DNA of 64,000 nt, filler included, from Barthelona sp. PAP020 (lineage: Eukaryota): assembly GCA_040182905.1 (NCBI GenBank). It is 17 parts of 17 records of this genome, joined end to end, with 100 filler letters (N's around TTAATTAATTAA, not from the genome) between each part and the next. Parts side by side here need not be neighbours in the genome. Positions count along the whole stretch, not along the records: positions 53,646 to 57,263 come from JARQWU010000726.1; positions 57,364 to 60,972 come from JARQWU010000727.1; positions 61,073 to 64,000 come from JARQWU010000775.1; 14 more parts are not named here. One strand, 5' to 3'. The notes beneath the pieces were generated by a model, which worked only from the letters and a program-made list of their open reading frames with translations, was not told the origin of the DNA and made no database searches. The position numbers and the translations under genes are program-made. Shown piece by piece: positions 56,123 to 64,000 of this stretch (the first letter of the stretch is position 1; every line of letters starts with the position of its first letter).

Positions 56123-57263
56123 ATGCAATTTATACCTAATGAAGGTAATATCGATACGACTGATACAAAAACAAACCAATTACCTCACCCTAGATGTGGA
56201 AAATTAATTGTGAATGGAAAAGAATATCTAACTCCATGTTTATCATTATATACGTTTTGTGGTAATGTACCAAATTTAACTCCCAATAAATTGAAAGACT
56301 TAGATGACAATTTTCTTTTGAGTACCAGTATCCAACATTTGTATTATAGATTTTTACCTGAAAATATTAATAATGGTCTTAATGAATACATAAATCAAAG
56401 TCAACCCTTTATCTTATCCCCAAGGGATTCTGCAACTGAGAGTTTTGGAAAAAAAAGTACAAAAGATTCTTTTTCAATCACCAGCTCATATGGTAATAAG
56501 ACTTTTTCTATCAATGAATACTGTGAATATGTAAAAAGTTACAATGCTTCCCTAAATATCTGTCCTGTTGACTCAACCAACCTTTTAAACAAGAGAAAAT
56601 GTGTGTCAGCTGTTGAAAATAGCTTAATATGGACTGAAAAAATTATAAATGAATGTTCTGAGGTTAATTGGCTGTTAGAGCTATCAAATTGCTATGATGA
56701 AAGAAATTTGGAAATTTTTTTTGCCAAATATAATGAAATCAACATATTTGATGAAAAACAAGTTGTAGGTGTCAATATTGGATCTTTATTTAATGGGGAA
56801 TCCAAAGAGGAAAGAAACCATTTCCTTACTTCTGTGATTGGGAAGATACCCTCTAATTTGTTGAGAGTTACAAATGGAAGTGCAGGTTTCAAAGAAATTG
56901 TTGAATTAATTAGGGGTGGAGTGGATATTATTGAAACTAGCATTGCCACTGACTTTGCGGAGCAAGGATTGGCGTTTGTGTTTGATTTAGCTCCAACAAA
57001 GAAAGTTTCTGCCACAGAAATAGTATTGCATGTGAGAGACAGTGACTTAGTATTAAATACAGACAAACTAGTTGATGGATGTGAGTGCTTCTGCTGTAAA
57101 AAACACACAAAAGCATATATGCATCATCTATATAATGTTCATGAGCTAACTGGACATTTATTATTGTCTTTGCATAACACGCATCATTTACTGGCATTTA
57201 TGGACAAATTGAGAGCCAAGTTAAATGAATCTATTGAAGAATTTGAAGAGTTTGTTTCTTTTT
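56123..57263 (+). CDS. QTRT2: Queuine tRNA-ribosyltransferase accessory subunit (3'-truncated)
   Basis: RCG...TP...YT..G.VP.LT; GVDI; CECFCC..HTKAYMHHL...EL...LL.LHN; catalytic DSGG absent. Confidence 0.88.
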
Positions 57264-57419
57264 NNNNNNNNNNNNNNNNNNNNNNNNNNNNNNNNNNNNN
57301 NNNNNNNTTAATTAATTAANNNNNNNNNNNNNNNNNNNNNNNNNNNNNNNNNNNNNNNNNNNNCAAAAGCAAAATTTTAAAGTTTAAACTTTGCCTTAGA
57401 AAATCTAAAGTTTTTCAAC

Positions 57420-57725
57420 AGATCAATCGGGCCTCGAAAGCCTTTAACCAAATAAACACTATTCTTTTTTATTCACTTATATACGCACAGTGCTTCTTGG
57501 CTTGGAAATAAATGAGGGTTGTTTACAAGCCTATAATTTTTGGCGAATCGAAATTTTCCGTCTTCCTCTTTCCCTCAAGGTACAACTTTTCCTCAACCTA
57601 TCCCCAAATTTTTGACCTGCCACGGTGAATGCACGAAAACTTGCACAATTAGGATAAATTTTAAAAAGATCGGACCGTTAAGCTCTTTTGGGCAATCAGC
57701 AATGCAATATTTTCAAATTTCTATT
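57420..57725 (+). repeat. R3 segment followed by R2 copy, ending ~30 nt before the WD40 gene start
   Basis: 57420-57495 matches 34560-34630; 57505-57725 matches 26810-27030. Confidence 0.8.
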
Positions 57726-57756
57726 TTCCATATTTTTCTCTTTTTGTTAATTTATT

Positions 57757-60700
57757 ATGTCTGTTGAATTAAGTGGTGAACTAGGAGAATTTATACGTGG
57801 TTTATTTCCTCTAAATATAGATGAAAATAGTGGAGGTGAAATTGCAAATGTGATTTCTAATTGTTTGTTTGACAGTAAATACTTGCCAAATGGTAAACAA
57901 TTGGTTGTTTGTGATTATGCAGATGTTCATGTTATTGATGTAGCAACTGGAATATTGAATCGTACATTGAAAGAGCATACAAACTATATTTATGACATTG
58001 CCATTTCACCAAATGGGCAGAAGTTGGCAACATGTTCCGCTGATAAGTCTGTCATTGTATACAGCCTTCCAGATTTCTCCATCCTGTGTAGATTGAAAGG
58101 TGGAACTAATATTAATGGAATTTCTTTTTCTTCTTGTTCAAATTATATATATTATGGTGATGGTAATGGAACTCTTACGAAAAGTGACACAAATAATGGG
58201 AGAATTGTCTTGGAAAAGAGAATTCCGACTGGTTTTATTTGGAGAGTGAAACTATCAACGGATGGTAAATATCTTTTGACTGGAGGTGGTGATGGTATTG
58301 CCAAGTTGGTTGACCCAGATGATTTGTCTGTTGTGCGTACATTCAGTCAAGTATTTCGAGTTGCGAATCTCAGAGCTATTGATTTCCACCCAACTGAAAG
58401 AATGATTGCTGTTGGTTACCAACCCAACAAAGTCAAACTCTGGAACATAGAAAACGGATCACTCATTCATACATTTGATATGGGTGGTCAAGTACACTGT
58501 CTTCATTTCTTATCACCCGATATCCTGCTTATTATGTCTGGTGATGGCTATATTACCTTATTCAATGTTGAAACCTATCATCAAATTCAAAAGGTACATT
58601 GTGGTTGTGAGGCTAAAAATTTTTCCCTTGCCATATCCCCTGATAAGAGACAAATAGCGTGTGGAAGATGTTCAAATAACACAATAAAATTGTTTCACAT
58701 CATTCCTGGCATCTCAAATCTCGTTGATATCCTTAAAACTCACAAATCAGATCTAATTGAGCTCTCACGTCCTCATGGTTATGTTGTATCATATTTACTC
58801 AAGAATTATCAGTTAAAACACACTGATACTATCATTGTTGAACTTTTGTCATCAGGAATTTGTCTTTCAGCAGAAGAAGCCAATGAATTTATGCAAGTTG
58901 ACATGGATGTTGTTCTATACAATACAGCTAATGGTGGAAATATGCTCGAATTTTTCTCACCTAAACCTTTACTCGAATATTTCCTTGAATACCATGAATC
59001 ACATCCTCAAGAAGCAGATGAATTTGCTTGCAATAATTTAAACTTGCTTTTAGAAAATCAAAAACCGGAAAACCTGCTAATTTTAACAAAGATGTTCCCT
59101 GCCTATGCCAAATCCCTCTTTAATACACAAGAAGGAGAACCATTTGTCAATAAACTTGTTGATTATTCAAAAAATGCTCAAAATGTTGTTTCATCTGTAA
59201 TTTCTACCTCCAACCAGCAAGAGGCTTGTAGCACTATTCTATTATTATTAAAACGTGGACTTTGGATTTGTTATGATGAGTATGTTTTGATAAAAGACAT
59301 TTTAGATGATGAAATATGTGAGATAAGCTTCAAGAATGGTGGAAATTTGAAGTTTCCTCACTTTCATGTGGTTTTTACACTTGAAGGATTTTCGTTTTCT
59401 AATTTGATGAAACTACCAAATAAACACCCTGAAGAACTCAGTGAAGAACTCAGCAACTTATTTGATTTCATGGTTGAACACAAAAATCTGTTGTCTCAAA
59501 CTGAAATGTCAAAACTATGCGACTTTTTAGAAGCCTATCCGACTTTCACTGGGCTTCTGTTTGAAAAAATTGTTCCACACTTGTCTGAAATATCCCGATT
59601 AATGTTCCTTGAACTTTTGCCTAAACATATAATTTTTGAATATTCTGACATTGTAAAAACGTTTTCTCAAAAAATTGAAATGATTTGTGATTTAAAAGAG
59701 GAAAATAAACAACAGAACGTTTTAATTGGCAACCTCTCAACACAACTTGAACGAGTGACGTCCATTGTTGCTTCGCTCGTTCAAAGTCAATCAAAAAACG
59801 TCAGCATTCAAAATCAGCAAATCGATGAGCCAAACCGACAACCATCCAAAGATAGCATTGTTGAAGAACTTGAGACTGAACTTAAGGCTACCCTATGCTG
59901 GACTGATCAACTGGTCGAAATAACTATCAAAGAATCAGTTGAACCTTTAAAAAGCCTGACCTCAGCTCAACTGACCCATATGTATGCCAAGGCTATTAAC
60001 TCACACAAAAGGCTCTTTGAATTAGATTCTGGCAGGCTTCTTGACCCTTCGATCAATAATAAAATTTTGAAAGCAACCCAAGAAATTGAACAGAATATTG
60101 ATCTTATTCGCAGAATATTCATTCCCCAAATAAATCATGTTCTTGAGTTGAGTCCTCTCAAAAATATTGGGTTGCCTGATAATTTTATGGCTTTGAAAAA
60201 GGAAATTCACAGCTACATCAATTTGAACCTTGAACAGTCACCCATTGGTCAATTGTACAGACAGGATGTTGATGCCTTGGAAGAAAGTATTTTGACCAAG
60301 ATTGAGCCATACTACGACAGCTATATGATGCTTTATTCCAAAACTACGTATCCATACACTCATGTTGTTAAAGAATTAGAGGAGGTCTTGTTCAAAATTA
60401 ATGATTTTTGTGAAGCCATAGTTGAGGCACAAAGACTCCAACCACTCATTCAGGAGCAACAACAAAATATGTTGAATGCATACAATGAATTTCAAAGAGC
60501 AACAAATGTCAGCAAGAAGAGAAGTAGGAACAAAAAACCATCAATCGCGTATTTAAATGCCCAAGAACAACTTGAAAACATGTATGAGCAGGTTGTAGCT
60601 CTGAAAGGTACGATTCCAGATCATCTAGGTCAAGCACTGATGAATTGCATTCAAGACCCGAAACTGATTGCTGATGTGTGCAAAAGAATAAATATGGCTG

Positions 60701-60972
60701 AGATTCCATCCAGTTTGATTGACGTGATATCTTCAGATTTGTATTATCCTGATGTTATTTCAAAGTTACAACAGCAAGAAAGCATTTTTTGTCTCAAAAA
60801 GTCTGTGAATGACAGATTCATCAAATTTTATGATCTTCCATTTTTAGGTGATGAAGAGCTTGAAGAGGATGAAAATGAGGATGATACTGATGAAAATGAA
60901 TTCAATGAGATGCAAATCAAAGCCATTCGTCGAGAACTGAGGGTTTTGACAAAGAATAGGTCTCCCAATATC
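57757..60972 (+). CDS. WD40 propeller + two 'NGGN' domains + helical/coiled region + probable kinase N-lobe start (3'-truncated)
   Basis: About 7 WD blades (aa ~30-315); NGGN at ~58930 and ~59335; ends RFIKFY...IRRELRVLTKNRSPNI, resembling kinase subdomains II-IV. Confidence 0.85.
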
Positions 60973-61073
60973 NNNNNNNNNNNNNNNNNNNNNNNNNNNN
61001 NNNNNNNNNNNNNNNNTTAATTAATTAANNNNNNNNNNNNNNNNNNNNNNNNNNNNNNNNNNNNNNNNNNNNA

Positions 61074-61186
61074 GACGATGAGAACAATCAGACGAGCGTT
61101 CGCATATAAAATCCCTCAATTCCCCCACCCCCACGGATGGTTTAATGAAGTCATAAATAAAATAAAAAAATTTAACAACGGAAAAA
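61074..61186. repeat. Repeat R4, second copy
   Basis: 112/113 identical to 31053-31165. Confidence 0.95.
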
Positions 61187-61633
61187 TCAAGAAGAAAAAA
61201 AAAAATTGAGTTTTGCAGAGTAAATCACAGAATTTTGGGATATTATTCGAAGAAAGGGAAAAGAAGATTCTTCAAAAGCCATTTATTCAAAAAAAAGAAA
61301 ATTGGGAGGCTAAAAGTCCTTCTTTACTGTTTCAGTTTCATTCATCTCCGATTTCAATTCATAAATTTATATCCAGTTTTATTTTACGAATGGATTTTTT
61401 CTTCTTTTGGAAAATTTAACAATTTTTGTTTGGCCTCTCTTCTCTTTCAAGTGATAAAGCTTGCTGACAACTGAATTATTCTAGTTTTTTTACTTATTTA
61501 TGACATATGCTGAGAAGGCAATCATAAACAATCAATAGAGACTGTTTTAAAAAACTTACAAAAAAAAAAGGCGGAAAGTTCAAAATTAACCTCACATTTG
61601 ATTTTTTAAAAAATTGAATAAGATTATTTAACA

Positions 61634-63568
61634 ATGCCAAATATTGAATTTGAAGATGATATCGATTTAGATGCATTTGATGGTGTTGATGAATCACCAC
61701 CTGTGACAGTGAAAGTTGCTTCAAAAAAATCCACCCGAAGACATTCATTTCAAACCAAACGAAGACCATCATTAAACACATTTGCAAATAAACCTTCGAG
61801 TAGAACCGTTGGAAAAACCAGCAACGTCACAAACAGCATTGATAGTTATCTAAGTGCCATTTCGAAAGGTCGTAATTCAGCACCACTTAATAATTCAAAA
61901 GTTACCAGGTCATTGGAGACATTTAGATCAAAAAGCGAATTACCAAAAGATCCTATTTTACGAAAAGCTTTTGATGTTGAACAAAATGCAATTAAAAAGC
62001 GAAACAGTATTCTCTCATTACCCACACCTGACTCATCGTTATCGTTTCTTAATTCGGATAAATCTAAAATGATTGATCACAGTGATGAGTTGGCTTCTAC
62101 ACCTAGAACCCGTGATTTAACTTCAAGTATCAGTACTATTGGTATTGATGACGCTACAGAAGAAAGTAATGAACTATCGATGGAAAATCACGAATTTATT
62201 GAAAACACTAATAGAATGCCATCATCATCATCTGGGGAAATGTTTGATGAGGTGTTAATGGAATCAATTGCTGTTCCTTCAAAAAAAGAAACATCCTCAA
62301 AAGAAATTGTTGTCCCTTATGTTGCCTATCAGCCGATCAAAAAGCAAAATACTAATGAAATAATGGAATCACCTTCATTTAATGATAGCTTTGATGATTT
62401 TGAATCATTTGTTCCTCCACAAAAAGAGGATTTTACTGTAATATCAAAAGACGAAACAAAAGCGAAAACAAATAGGGAACCTTCAAAAAAACCAAACTCC
62501 CAATCGTTAGTGATTCAATCTTCAGTTCAAAGCAATATTCAAGAGCTTATTCAATCACCTACCGAACCTACACCTCAACCTAGTAGTCAACCAGTTTTTG
62601 AATCATCAAAACCATTAGAAAAACATTTTTCTACACATAACCTTGGAAATTCAACTTTCCAAACAGTAATTCAAGCCTCAAGTGAACCATTAACTGAATC
62701 TTCTGTTCGTTCATCATCAACACATGTGTCTATACAACCAGATCTTAATCAACCACCCAAAGAACAACCTCAACAACATGAACCTCATCAACCTAATCCA
62801 ATGCAAAATTGTAATGCACCTCCTCCATTTTATCCACACAACATGTATCTACCAAACATGTATCCCAATGTCTATCCAAATATGTATAATCCACACATGT
62901 ATCCTGGTTATATGCCCCCTCCTTACATGATAAATCCCCAATTTTATCCATATAACATGATGTATCCACCTATTTATCAACCTCAACCTTCTATGCATCA
63001 TTATTATCATCCAATAAAAGATAAAGAGCAATTTTATCCACAACAATATACTTATTCTGATTATAATGAAGAGAAACCACCACCCACTCATTCCTACGAA
63101 CGTTATAATGATGTTTTTCCACATCACTCAGTGAATGTTCAAACCCAAACTTCACCAACAAGAAACGAACAACATGAACAAATCAACAGTTCATCACAAA
63201 CATCACCAGTAATTGAGACTTGTGAACCTCAAAGAAATAAAATTGAAGAAAAAGAAGAAGAAGAAGAAGAAGAAGAAGAGACTATTCTATTCAGACCGAA
63301 AGAAACCTTGAAAGCAAAACCAATACCAAAGTCGAATATGAAACAAAGGTATGTGTGGAACCACAGTAATCCCAACGTTGATCGAGCATTAAAAAGTAAC
63401 AAGATAAAGTTACCACCATATGCTTTGGCGGCTATAGCAAATTATAAAAAATCTTCACCAGCTATACGAGCCCAAAGACATCTTTTGGAAACTCAACTTC
63501 ATTTTATGAAAGCCTCACTTGAACAATTATATGATGCAACTATGAGTCAGCCCGTTAGAATGTCATAG
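61634..63568 (+). CDS. Low-complexity/disordered protein with P/Y/M/N-rich tract (644 aa)
   Basis: Long ORF, S/P/Q-rich, YPNM-type micro-repeats, poly-E, short helical C-terminus. Confidence 0.75.
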   Translation: MPNIEFEDDIDLDAFDGVDESPPVTVKVASKKSTRRHSFQTKRRPSLNTFANKPSSRTVGKTSNVTNSIDSYLSAISKGRNSAPLNNSKVTRSLETFRSKSELPKDPILRKAFDVEQNAIKKRNSILSLPTPDSSLSFLNSDKSKMIDHSDELASTPRTRDLTSSISTIGIDDATEESNELSMENHEFIENTNRMPSSSSGEMFDEVLMESIAVPSKKETSSKEIVVPYVAYQPIKKQNTNEIMESPSFNDSFDDFESFVPPQKEDFTVISKDETKAKTNREPSKKPNSQSLVIQSSVQSNIQELIQSPTEPTPQPSSQPVFESSKPLEKHFSTHNLGNSTFQTVIQASSEPLTESSVRSSSTHVSIQPDLNQPPKEQPQQHEPHQPNPMQNCNAPPPFYPHNMYLPNMYPNVYPNMYNPHMYPGYMPPPYMINPQFYPYNMMYPPIYQPQPSMHHYYHPIKDKEQFYPQQYTYSDYNEEKPPPTHSYERYNDVFPHHSVNVQTQTSPTRNEQHEQINSSSQTSPVIETCEPQRNKIEEKEEEEEEEEETILFRPKETLKAKPIPKSNMKQRYVWNHSNPNVDRALKSNKIKLPPYALAAIANYKKSSPAIRAQRHLLETQLHFMKASLEQLYDATMSQPVRMS

Positions 63569-63923
63569 AAAAATTTGACTTGTAATCAAGTTTTTCTTGC
63601 CTTCCCTTCTTTAGATTTTTTACATTCTTGTGCACCTTTAATTAATAATAAATAGTTTTTCTTTCTTTTTGATTTCAATTTTTTTTGAAAATGATGAAAA
63701 TCATGTGCTGATTCTATCATCTATTCTTTTTTTTCTTTTCACACTATAAATTTAATTGTTAAAAATTGCTCTTTTCTTCTTCAAATTATTTGTTGATACA
63801 ATTTGCTTGTTCATTATTTTCCTATTGCAGCTCAAACAAATGTGGATTAATTATTTCCACCCCAATTGCCCTTCACTGGGCAAACAAAAATAGAAATGTC
63901 AAAAAACAATATAAATATAAAAT

Positions 63924-64000
63924 TTACAATCTTTCGCCATCTTCGTAATCTTCTTGAGTCCAACCGATGGCTGCCAAACTATTCAAATGATCATCACGTG
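63924..64000 (-). CDS. 3' end of unknown gene (window-truncated)
   Basis: RDDHLNSLAAIGWTQEDYEDGERL*. Confidence 0.45.
   Translation of the reverse strand, partial: RDDHLNSLAAIGWTQEDYEDGERL

Noticed and set aside
3879..61072. Regularly spaced TTAATTAATTAA motifs resembling an array or CRISPR
   Set aside because: Artificial linkers embedded in Ns. ORF calls ending in X...LIN and any synteny across them are artefacts.

Overview
This window is not one locus. It is 17 short contigs (complete internal ones about 3.6-3.8 kb, sorted by decreasing length) joined by 100-nt artificial linkers (N44-TTAATTAATTAA-N44), so adjacency across a linker means nothing. The source is an AT-rich, gene-dense, intron-poor flagellated eukaryote using the standard code. 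Evidence: SAS-6, TEX9, IFT172, CEP76-like, ODF3/SHIPPO, alpha-tubulin, histone H4, PP2A-A, ATG18, PIG-B and a U2 snRNA. A free-living metamonad-like protist is my unverified guess. Most genes are ordinary housekeeping or ciliary genes. The most notable signals are: (i) a lineage-specific WD40 family with an unnamed 'SSG...NGGNM' domain, one member probably fused to a kinase, all three members next to dispersed repeats; (ii) an intergenic repeat family whose orientations suggest a foldback element with a hairpin-containing core; (iii) a divergent U2 snRNA, a miniaturised RBM22 and 42-43-nt introns; (iv) an orphan ORF with one in-frame TAG lying between direct repeats; (v) a mercuric-reductase/DLD-family flavoprotein lacking both redox cysteines and an AAA+ protein lacking both Walker-B glutamates. 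All protein identities come from motif recognition by eye, without database searches. Repeat boundaries are approximate.
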